Source of the DNA: Neophaeotheca triangularis
Lineage: Eukaryota
DNA length: 64,000 bases
Assembly (NCBI GenBank): GCA_054600435.1
Contig: BAAIJX010000054.1
Coordinates: forward strand, 1-64,000
Direction: 5' to 3'
Made by a program: the position numbers and the translations under genes. This document shows, piece by piece, positions 12,755 through 23,526 of this stretch. The notes under the pieces were generated by a model. The model was not told the DNA's origin and made no database searches. It was given only the letters and a program-made list of their open reading frames with translations. Numbering within the stretch: the first letter of the stretch is position 1; every line of letters begins with the position of its first letter.

Positions 12755-13169
12755 TTCTGCAATACCACCCGGCTTGGGTATGTTCTTTGTAAAAGCCTTG
12801 GATCGGTATCGCTGCCGGGGCGAGTATGCTAAAATAGCAAAGCAATCCGCGCTTCGAAAGCGAGAGCGGAAAGCTTCCCGTTATGCGGAACTTTATTGAG
12901 GCGCCAGATCCAAAGACGCGACACACGCGATAATCGTTCAGAACTCATCAGTGTGCTGAGTTTTGCCAGTCGATCAAAAGCTGCATGGACGCAAAACCGA
13001 AGTCGGTGGCCGGAATGAGATGAGTTTTGTCTCGTGAGGTTCTCAAAGGAAGCACTTGACAAGCAGGCCAAATTCCAGCCCTAAGTGGCTTGCTCAGCAC
13101 CAATGCCGTGAGCCCTATCCGTGCGGCTACCTTTCCGCACGTTAAGATATCTAGAAGTCAAACGATTTT

Positions 13170-13197
13170 TGAGCCGCAAAGCGGCTCGATTCAATCT
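13170..13197. repeat. Left (5') asymmetric terminal inverted repeat with internal hairpin
   Basis: TGAGCCGCAAAGCGGCTCGATTCAATCT matches the reverse complement of 23468-23497 except for a 2-nt indel. It contains GAGCCGC-AAA-GCGGCTC and is preceded by TTTT. Confidence 0.88.
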
Positions 13198-13245
13198 CTA
13201 TGGGGTAAAACGTGCAGAGAAGCGGCATCGCTGATTGGCTGCTTT

Positions 13246-13279
13246 CGACGGTAACGGGCCGCAAGGCCCGTTACCGTCG
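13246..13279. other. Perfect 15-bp stem hairpin with GCAA loop
   Basis: CGACGGTAACGGGCC-GCAA-GGCCCGTTACCGTCG. Confidence 0.92.
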
Positions 13280-13401
13280 TGAGCAGGCAACTCAGCCGAG
13301 CCGCGACCGTCGTCCCTGCTTTGAACGCAACTCCGTCTTAGCGACCAGTAGACACCGTCTTGACCGTCTTGATGAGCATACAACTCTATCGCTTCGCTCA
13401 T

Positions 13402-13530
13402 GCGATACACCTCGCATCTCGACGCCGAATGAAAAACGAACCTACCTTCCCGGCGATACACCTCGCATCCCGACGCCGAATGAAAAATGAACCTACCTTC
13501 TAGACGCTACACCTCCCATCCCGACCCCGA
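13402..13530. repeat. 51-bp tandem repeat, about 2.5 copies
   Basis: GCGATACACCTCGCATC(T/C)CGACGCCGAATGAAAAA(C/T)GAACCTACCTTC starts at 13402 and 13453. A degenerate third copy starts at about 13504. Confidence 0.88.
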
Positions 13531-13603
13531 TAGCAGGAAGATGTACAGTACGCGTAAAACGTTAGGAAGGGGCATTTCTACACACTCCGTATCCCGATCA
13601 GTA

Positions 13604-13676
13604 ACTCCGTCTTGGTAAAAAACGACTCCGTCTTGGTAGAAAACGACTCCGTCTCGGTAGTAGATTCACTCCGTCT
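13604..13676 (+). repeat. ACTCCGTCT motif array (4 copies, 21-22-bp period), left subterminal
   Basis: Copies start at 13604, 13625, 13646 and 13668. Confidence 0.9.
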
Positions 13677-14358
13677 AGGCAAGATCTAATGTCAGTATTT
13701 ACAAGCCCATTACCATGAACATGAACTACCCGAAATGCTATGACTATTGGGATGAGGGGGATAACACTACGCCTAGAAGCAAACCTTATACCTCCTTGTA
13801 AAAGAAGAACACTATCGCCAGTTCGCATACTATGTTGCCGCAATGAGAACAGGAAGGTATACTGATAGCAATGTCACGCCTTCCGTCGAACATAAAGCAT
13901 TGTTCCTATACCCCACGAAATGCCCACCGTAGGTGCCGCCGGAGGTATAGGGGGGGGGGTCTAGGGGGGGGGGAGCATAGCTCCCCCCCCCTGGGATAAC
14001 TGCGAAGTAGTACTTCACACTGCGGAAACACCACACAGGAAACACCCCATCTAGTAACTCCGTCTTAGTAAGTAGAGATTCCGTCTCTACCGTTTGTAAG
14101 TATGTCTTGAGGTTGTTACCTACTCTGTTTTTCTACGGCGAAGGTAAGCCATGTCTTGGCTTTCATTCACGAGTAGCTAGAGGTGAATGGGTACCCGCAT
14201 GACAACACGGGCACCTTACAGTTTGCTAACACCTTCCACTTTTCCCTCATACCTTACAACCTTCTCCCCTTACACCTTCTAACCTTACACCTTCTAACCT
14301 TCTCTACTTTCAACCCTTCTACCGAACTGGTTGTTCACAACATCGTCAAACCGCCATT

Positions 14359-17300
14359 ATGGCGAATGCTTAGCAGCATGAAGACGGCGCGGTAACCTTT
14401 AAGTGCATGAGGTGTCACGTCCGGACTATTACTGGCTCCTTCCGTCCTCTTACTAGCAATACGCTCGAGAATTATTGTCACAATTGCCGTGGTCTACACA
14501 TGAACATGATCACCTAGAGACTTACCTACTACATGCCAAATGGTAGTGGGCCGATCTTTGATGCACCTACCAACATACCTCGGCCTCCATGGGCACAACA
14601 ATCGCTAGTTAGAGTGTCATTGTCTCAACCCGCACCTACGCCGTCAATAGCGCCTCACAGACCTAACACTGGATACGCTCCTAGACTGTATACCGATCCA
14701 AATGCTTTGGCATATGGGCCACCACGTCCTCTACAACCCCCTGTACAACCCCCTGTACAACCCCCTATACAACCTCAACAACATCCGACTCCTACCACCC
14801 TGTCTGCTCGCTGTATGAGATGCGGGCAGGACAAGCCAATCCTACACTTTGCGCCCCTTGCCGGACGTAAGAGGAAGTATGGTGCCCCTACCTACACGAA
14901 CAACTGTGCTAGCTATAGAGACTTTGTTGTCGACACTACTAACAACACTGTGCGAAAGAGAAGAGCAGATGAAATGAGTAGTGGTGCTGCATAACCTATG
15001 ACTTTAGCACTAGGCTTCCGTCTCGTAGCAATGCCGACATTCCCTACCGCCATGACCTCTTCTCAAGTTCAGTCACTCGCTCAACCCAACCGAGCTGTCA
15101 TCGGTCCGAGTTTGCAGGGATCGATGGCTCCCCTACAACCTTCTACCCATCCGCTCTACTACCCCGGCATAGAGGAGACCGAAGAGCAGCGGACAGGACG
15201 CCGCATGCTTTCAGCCTAAGGCCGTGAGGCTAGATATGAGGCACGGCAATCCGGATTACTAGCGTCTCGACCTTTACTACCTACTGCCTCCATGGGACCC
15301 CTAGCAGCACTAGGCTCACTACGACAGTGGTTCTATTGTACTCGATGTAGCGTCAACCGGCCCTACCTACTTTCGTAAGGACCTAACGGCAATGATGTGT
15401 GTATCTATTGCGTCTAAGGTGTTACTGGCGACAGCATGTAAGATGAGATCAAGTGGTGTCTCTATACTACTCATCCTACCGCTCGAATCCTTTTCTTTGA
15501 CAACGATGGTATTGAGCATGTAGAGGCCTACATCAGCTACCGGTTTACTCCACAACCTTAAACCCCTCAAGCTAACGAGTCGAGTTTTGGAGTTCCTCCC
15601 AATACGAGATCGTCCTAGACCCTTACGGGTACCCAGCCCCGTTCGTAGAGGAGGACCTAGAACCCTGGTGAGAGCGCTCGATAGCGCGAACGTCTGCTTA
15701 ATGAGACGGACCCTCCTCTTGCTTCTCAGCTAACCGTTGAGTCGTTGCAAGCAGCACCAGCTCTCTCCAATATAGACTTCGGCTTATTATAGAACTTCAA
15801 CCGCTTCTTGGATAAGGATGTGATGTAAGAGTGTCTACGTTGTCATGAGTCTTGGTTCAATATGGAACTAAGCAACAACATCTACGCGCGTTGCTACTAG
15901 AGAGATCACGGCTTACTTGCTAGACAACTATACCTCATGTCTTAGGGGAACAACATGATTCTAACCGGACCACATCCTGATCTTGAGCCTCTTAATGTCA
16001 TCGAGGAAATCTTAATAGCCAGAGTCCATGTCTCAATGGAGATTTATTAGGTGCGAGGCCAGCAATACCGTTATAAAGGACACGTCATCAACTTTCTCCG
16101 TGACACTACCCGGGTGTATCGTCGTCTGCCATTACTCCCTGCCAATGCCGACATTGTGTTGCTCCGTCCATCGACTAGACAGGACGCTGCAGTTGGACGC
16201 CAATTTACCAAGGAGTTCACAGTCCGTCGTCGTGTTATACGCATGTAGCTTGAATTTCTCCTTACCAATCACCCTGGCTACGCCGATATCAGTATTAATT
16301 ATGAGCGTCTCAGTCAGCTTCCAGACAATGCAGATGTTATGGACCAAATCGTCACTGATGAGTATAATCTTCCTGATGACGGCGTACGGCCACAAGGTAA
16401 TGGGCAGCCTACGGAGCAAGAGGATGCTGTCAAAGAAGAAGAGCATGAGGATACTAGCTTCGATGGCATCGCGGTTCCCAACCTACTAGACGACAACGTT
16501 ACTGTAGAAGACTTGCGTGATCGCCTCTAACAACTCAATCCGGTTAATCAATCGCAGACTCAACCTCTTGCACCTTCATACCCGCCAACCGAGAATGATA
16601 CGCCGCCGAACCCTAATCAGCCTGATGAGATTCCACATTTGACATGGCCGGAGCTCCAAGAAGTTCCTCTACAAGAGTGGGATCGCTCTCGACCTCTGTT
16701 GTGCTTAGCTTTTCCGTCACTCTTCCCGTATGGCGACGGTGATCATTCATAGCCACGCGAACGAAGCGTAACCTATGCTGCATACATCGACTATTTGATG
16801 AAGTACAAGGACGGCCGGTTTGCTCGCCATCCACGTTTTCGCTACGTTGTCTTCAACACCCTTATGAGATAGCAGACTCGAGGCAAATCGACATACTTCG
16901 TCAATCGCCGCGCCGAGGAAGGTGATCTTTCAATCGAGGACATCTAGGCTGCCTTATCAGCCGACGAGCGTGACTACAAAGCGTAGGCGTTATTGAACTC
17001 CATCATCTGGTTTAGTAGGAGCCTCCGAGGTACTCGCCCTTATTAGAATAGCCGTCATCTCCATCTAGAGGCCATGGTTAGAGCTCTCGGCAAGCCTGAT
17101 CTTTTTGTGACTTGTAGTGCCGTAGACCTACAGTGGGAGTCTCTTATGAAGCTTATGCCCCAGTATGAGCTTTATAAGACGCTACCCTCGGAGCAGCGCA
17201 TCAAGCTCGCTCGAGAGAACCTCTACCAGAACCCCCATATCGCTACAACTCACTTTAAGCGCCGATTCAAGGCATTGGTGAAGGACGTTCTTACCCTAAA

Positions 17301-20300
17301 GTTCAACGTCAAAGACTACTGGCTTCGGTACGAATGGTAAGGCTGGGGGAGTTCTCACGCTCACTTCTTCCTTTAGTGTCACGGCATGCCGACAGATCTC
17401 AACATGGAGATTCAACAACATCGCGAAGAGTTCGCAAAGCTCTAGGGTTTGCATGTCACAGCGCTCAACCCCGAGCCTGGTCGTGAAGTGCCTATAAGCA
17501 AGATTAGGGCAATTCACGCTAGATTAGAGCTTGAAAACCATCAAGCCAACCTTTCTAATATCATCAACTGTGTCCAACACCACATGTGTAGCAAGGAGTA
17601 TTGCCTCCGTCGCAAGAAGGATTCTAAGGGTGATCAGCTACTATATCGTTTCTACTTCCCCCGCGAAGTGCACATAGAGGCTAAAGTCTTACACGAGCAT
17701 AACAAGGCACATTGGTCGTTTATAGCTGCTTACAACGACCTGCAGCTCAACCACTATAATCGGTTGCTTTCTATAGCCTAGCGTGCCAATACCGACATCA
17801 CGCCGTGTACGACTACCGACGCTGTGCTCAACTACATCTCGAAATACTACAGCAAGGGCGAGAAGCAGACTGTACCATATGTCGACATTATGAAGCAGAT
17901 TCTACTAAAGGTATTAAGCGAGAAGCTAGTATTGTCTTTCATCGCCAAAGTCATGAACAAGCTTATTGGTGAGCAGGACTGGTCTGCCCAAGAGGTTATG
18001 CATCTACTCCTCAACCTGCCGTTACAAGAGAGCACTCGCACCGTCGTTACCCTCGATTGTCGTCCCCTTAATCAGCAGAACAGCGCCATCTACATTGAGG
18101 TGTATGAGGGTACGACGAAAAGAGGAGATAGCCCTTGGGACAAGTACATAAAACGGTCTGAGGAGAATGAAGACATCACGTTTTTTGTCTACCTTACCCA
18201 GTACAACCTCTAACGACGCGGAAGCCCTTCGGTCATTAGCAACCCGTTGAGTCATAGAATCATTAACTACTTTCCTCGATATCGAGTAGAGCTAGACCAT
18301 CCGGCATACCCTAACTTCTGTCGCATGAGGATCTTGCTCCACCACCGCTTTCGTGAAGTACCTCGTTATGATAAGGAGCATCCGTATCGGTTCCCTGTCG
18401 ACGATCCAGATGAAGACCATGAGGCTCTAGACTCATAGGAACCAGCCTTCACGAGCTAGATAGCTACGTACACATACTACTGATCGAATCATGCGTACTA
18501 TCAGCAAGAGATCACCGAAGACTACCTTACCGACCTACCTGAGCGCAACGAAGATGAATTTGAGGATCGCGAGCCGCTAGATGAAGGACAGGCAGCGCAC
18601 TTTCACGACCTAGCCCGTAAGATGCCAAACATCAATCGGGGTGTGCAGGATAATGATCCTAACAACCTTAGTGAACGAGAAATAGACAGAGCGGCTGACT
18701 GGAGCGATCGCATTGGGAAATATAAAGATCAATACCCCAAAGTCCATCAAGGGGTTAGTTAGTGGCAAGACATGAAGGCCGCGTAGCCTACTAATCTCGA
18801 CGTCGACATGTAGTCGACAAAGCAACATGATCTGTTGAATCGGTTCTAGCGCTAACTATTCGACAAAGTTACCGAGCATTATCAACAGATTCTCGATAGC
18901 TCCTCCCCCTAGCCTCTACTCATTAACGTCGATGGTCCGGCAGGCACTAGCAAGTCGTTCCTCATCAACATGCTGTCATCTGAACTGTAGAAGATAGGAC
19001 GTCAAGATCACGTAGAGTCCGGGGCTCCTGGTGAAGCACGTAGCCTAGTCATTAGGCTTGTACCTACTGGATCAGCGTCTTTCGCAATCTCTAGCCAGAC
19101 CCTACACTCTCTCTTTCTACTGCCTATCAACTAAGGCTTCAAACCGCTCGCAGCTGCACAAGTTCCTACTCTCAAGAACCAACTCATAGGTGTGTAATAC
19201 ATCATCATCGACGAGAAATCAATGATCAGCCTCAAGATACTCTACTAGCTTAGGTAACAGTTAAAGCAAGCGTTTCCTGCCAGTACGTTTCCTTTCGGTA
19301 GTATGAACATTATGCTGTTCGGTGACTTCTATCAGCTCACTCCAGTTAGAGGGCGTCCTCTATTCCAAAGTGGCGATCTCGGTTCGCCGGAGAACATCGC
19401 TGGCTAACAAGCATACCATTAATTCGACACTACTATTGTGCTTGAGACCATTATGAGACAGCAAGGCGATTCAGCAGATCAGCGAGCATTTAGGGATGCG
19501 TTAACTGCGCTCCGTAACGGTAAAGTAGAACGTGTGCATTGGCTTCTCCTCTATAGCCGTGTCAAGTCTATGATGCCGCTACCAGAGATTACACGATTTA
19601 ATAATGCTATTTATCTGTACTTTAACAACAGTACAGTACGTAGGTACAACCACGACAGGCTACGGGATGTGAATCGCGCCGTAATCAGGCTTTTCGCAAC
19701 CCATGATTATGAGCGGTCCAAAGATATAGAACCAAAAGAGGTTCATAACCTACAAGCCGTCCTTACGGTTTCGATTGGAGCTCGGGTTATGTTGCTTGAG
19801 AATCTATGGACTGCTCATGGACTAGTTAATGGTAGGCAGGGAATACTATACGACATCGTCTGGGCTTCGGATGTCACAGACCCCAAGACTTAACCGCCGC
19901 TCTTCCTATTAGTTGCATTTGAAGGTCTACAACTAGATGCGCCTACACTGTTTGAGTTCGAGGGCTGAAAGGTGCTTCCAATCTACTACAGCAAACGCTC
20001 CTTCTTACGTAACCAACGCGATGCCTTCCATGAGCAGTTCCCTCTTACGGTTTCTTATGCTTTGAGCATTCATAAAGCTCAGGGCATGACTCTCGATAAG
20101 GCTATATTAAACATTGTAGAGCGCGAGCATTCCGCTGGCTTGGTTTATGTTGCTGTCTCTCGGGTCAAAGAATTGAAGGGGTTGATGCTTGATGAGCCTA
20201 TCGACCTCGAACACCTACAGCATATTGGTCATAACAAAGTTGCTGAGATGCGGGACATGGATGCTATACGAAGGCAGACTTAAAGGCTGGCTCCGCCACC

Positions 20301-21036
20301 TAGTAGCCCCCCGACTCCTGGAATGCGGTCTCGTGCCACTCGAAATCTCCCGTCTAACGTCGATACAGGCTATCAATACTCCCAGCAGCCTATACTAACC
20401 TCTAACGTTATTGAAGTCACCAGCGACCTTCGGAATCTCATGAGCGATCAACTCTGTTCCGAAGGTCGACGCGAAATTCATGCTTTGAATAACATCCCTT
20501 GGGTAGAGCCAGGAATCTACCACTCGGATGGTTTCGACGTTAAAGGGTTGAATGCGGACGGTTTTGATGAGTAGGGCCGTAACGAGGATGAGCGTAGGCG
20601 ATATGGAAAGGACGTTGCGCAAGATCATACCTTAGTTCAGGCTTTAGTAGAGGGCATGGAGTTTGATGCAGCTTGTGTCTATGCCGTAAGGACTAACACT
20701 TGGGCTGGATAGGACTACGAGACAGATGAACGCGATGCCGCACGCCTTCGTAGAACACATCTCTTCTGTCCTCAGTAAGATAAGGGTAGGCAAGGCGAAG
20801 GTCAGGATACTCCGCGCGCATCAGTTTTGAACCGTGATCTAGGGGAGTTGCCAGGGTAGAACGAGCCAGAGCAACAAGGCATGCGTTCTCAGCAGTTTGA
20901 GGATGATGGTATCGGTGCTACTGATATGGAGGATGAAGATGAGAACGAGGAGGTATTGGGAGACTATATGATAGTAGGGGCCTTGCCTGACCCTACCCCT
21001 GACCTTGAAGACCATACCATGGAAGACATAGATTAG
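14359..21036 (+). pseudogene. Helitron Rep/helicase (N-terminal CxxC fingers, DUF6570-like region, HUH Rep, Pif1 helicase) broken by RIP stop codons
   Basis: ORF fragments at 14533, 14998, 16051, 16339, 17074, 17449, 17824, 18247, 19438, 19972 and 20323 are all in one frame. Motifs: GQQYRYKGHVINF, LGKPDLFVTCS, RYEW*GWGSSHAHFFL, YISKYYSKGE, GPAGTSKS, IIIDEKSMI, GDFYQL, MRQQG, QFPLTVSYALSIHKAQGMTL and YVAVSRV. The exact 3' stop is uncertain. Confidence 0.92.
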
Positions 21037-21078
21037 GACAAGTACGTAGGAATACAGGAGAGGTAGTAAGTGTAGTAG

Positions 21079-21140
21079 ACTTCGTCTTTACTCCGTCTTG
21101 GTACTATGGACTCTGTCTTAGGGTGCTATGGACTCCGTCT
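21079..21140 (+). repeat. ACTCCGTCT motif cluster between the two Helitron ORFs
   Basis: Perfect copies at 21090 and 21132. Single-mismatch copies at 21079 and 21110. Confidence 0.85.
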
Positions 21141-21407
21141 AAGGGTGCTTTTTTACTTTGTATTAAACCTTTTTGTCCTTTGTCAAATTTTGAGTTTAAT
21201 TTCAGGCACATGAATGAATATGTAAAATTTGCATTCCGTTTCTGGTGAATGTGAATGAGTGAATGCGAACAAAGGCAGACGTCACCGCCTGTTGATAAAA
21301 CTAGCCTTCCCTCCCCTTTGCACTTTACACCTTTTCATCTACCTCCTACAAGTTCAACAACTGCTACCTCACACGCATTACCTACTACCTAACACCCATT
21401 ACCTACC

Positions 21408-23273
21408 ATGGCCGACGACGATATCTATCGTGACCTAGACAGTAGCCCTAAGGAGCAATCTGAAGAGTAGACTGAAGAGAATACTGACAGCAACACCTAC
21501 ACTTCACCAACCCGTGAAGAGCGTGATAGGTCTATCGATCGTACAACCTGGCGTGAAATTCCTGAACACCACCGTCATGCTTATGGCGGCACTCCTTACT
21601 ACAAAGGAACCACTCCTTTAGTATAGCAGACTCCGAGACCCAAGAGAATCTATATGTCTGGTATTACTCCTTCTACTACCTCTACAGCAAGACGTCTAGA
21701 GCCTGGCCCTCGCTATGACCCGCAAGATCCATTCCGGTTCCCTACTCCGTCCCCGCCACCGCCAGGTACCGAAGGTAGGGGCAGGGGTAGGGGTAGGCCA
21801 AAGACCCGCGCCTCACTAAGTCGACGTCGTCTAAGTACACTAGCAAAACCAAGTCAAGCAAGGGGAACTCTCGGAGTAAGCACTAGTAGTGTTCGTCGCC
21901 CTACATTCCTATCTACGCTAGTAGGGGGCGAACGACGTCCTTCTAGAGCTCTAGATACGCTCATCTAGCGAAGGGAAGCTCGCCGTGTGTCAATAGCCCC
22001 GTCTACTAGTCGCATGTCCGATCTCACGTACACATTTAGGGGTGCTAGTCTTACTTCTCTAACTCCAGTATTCCATAGGGGCTCAGGTCTAGCTCCGATT
22101 GCTCCTCATGTGCTTCGTGACGGAACACCAACTCCTCTATTACGTCTACGAAGCCCTAATTGGGGTTCTACTCGTGGGTCTAACGCTACTGTTAGAGGCT
22201 CTCCCTTCTCACCGCCACCTGCTCCTTCCTTAGGAGGTGGTTCACCATTCTAGTCACGCGAACCTACGCCTTTCCGGTCGCGCGAACCTATGCCTACTTA
22301 CCTAAGTATCGAATCGACGGACATGGCAATGTAGGACGAGGCCTACTACCCAGCTTTAGAGTCTCAAACCGACGACGTTCGCTCACCCATTTACCGACCG
22401 TCCGCCTCTTACCGACCATCTGCCTCTTACCGCCCATCACCTACACCTTCTTACCAGTCTGTCGACCGATCTCGCTCTCTTTCCTACCACTATTCGCCTG
22501 CGCCGTCTACCCGCCAACCAACACCGATTGATGTACCTACTCGCTTGCCAGTACCGTCTAGGAGGACCTAACGTATACTGGAATCTGCGCCTATATCAAC
22601 GACGAAAAAGGATTCACCGAAGAAGGGCAAAACTCAGACAAGGACCGTCATCTAGAAGCCTATCAACTACTCTCAGTCTAAGTAGAACAGCCTTTCTCAC
22701 GACGTCAAATCGAAATTGTCCCATGTTGCGCATATCGAAGACACTAATGATGGTAGGAGGGCAAGCAAACCATGTAGTAACTATGAGAAGAAGGGCACAC
22801 CCTGTCTTATCTATACCGATGCTAGTATGGACAAATACTGTGTAAAGGGCAAGGGCTTTCGGTGTGCCTAATGCCGTCGCGACAATACAGCTGGGTGTTC
22901 AAGAGATACCCCTAAAGGCCGTGGGGGCATACCAGTACCAACTACGACACTAGTACCAGCACTAGCACCAGCAACCGCAATAGCACTAGCACTAGTACTA
23001 GCACCAGACTTACGTACACCTATAGAGCTATGGGCTGCTGCTAATCAAGACCGCGAGGCCGTAGAACGCACTGCAGAGGAGGCCGAGCACCGTGCACTTC
23101 GTCATGCTGTTGCTACGAATATGGAGCCAGGTTGGTTGACAGAGCAGATTAGGTACTATGCTAGACAGCTTCGAGTCGAGGAGGTGTTCCTACGGGAGCA
23201 ATTCGCTAACAACAACATCATGTTCAGGGACAACCGCACGAGGTGGATGGTTCGCTATGTTAGAGGTGGTTAA
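21408..23273 (+). pseudogene. Helitron second ORF (~620 aa): S/P/R-rich disordered region, Zn(II)2Cys6-like motif and helical C-terminus; RIP stops
   Basis: ACCATGG start at 21408, in frame with fragments 21654 and 21987. The frame continues to CSN(Y)EKKGTPC-x19-CA(*)CRRDNTAGC and closes at TAA 23271-23273, which could itself be a RIP stop. Confidence 0.7.
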
Positions 23274-23291
23274 ACAGCAAAGCAGCGTCGG

Positions 23292-23386
23292 AGACGGAGT
23301 CATAGACAGAGTGGAGATGGAGTGAGCAGACTGACAGACGGAGTGGGCAGACTGACAGACGGAGTGAGTAGACTAACAGACGGAGT
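23292..23386 (-). repeat. AGACGGAGT (reverse complement of ACTCCGTCT) array, right subterminal, 21-bp period
   Basis: Perfect copies at 23292, 23336, 23357 and 23378. Variants at 23304 and 23315. Confidence 0.9.
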
Positions 23387-23467
23387 TCGACGTAGTAGTA
23401 AATACCTCGCGTATTTTTGCCTTAAGCAATTTCACAATCAACTCGGGATATCACACTGTGCTTACTA

Positions 23468-23526
23468 AGATTGAATCGAGCGACGCTTTGCGGCTCACCT
23501 ACCAATAAGCACGGCGGGATTGGCAG
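23468..23526. repeat. Right (3') asymmetric inverted repeat plus terminal hairpin
   Basis: AGATTGAATCGAGCGACGCTTTGCGGCTCA at 23468-23497. Then CTACCAAT-N12-ATTGGCAG, a perfect 8-bp stem if one TG>TA change is reverted, followed by CACA-TTTT. Confidence 0.82.

Noticed and set aside
13604..13676. Regularly spaced repeats as a CRISPR-like array
   Set aside because: The context is eukaryotic, the repeat is 9 bp with 12-13-bp partly similar spacers, and there are no cas genes. It is treated as a transposon subterminal motif.
14359..23273. Stop-codon recoding or readthrough explaining the in-frame TAG/TAA codons
   Set aside because: Host genes use the standard code, and missense changes at conserved motifs show the same CA>TA and TG>TA pattern. 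RIP explains both.
13170..23497. Cut-and-paste TIR transposon or Starship
   Set aside because: No DDE transposase or tyrosine recombinase motifs and no target-site duplication were seen. The encoded enzyme is HUH Rep plus Pif1.
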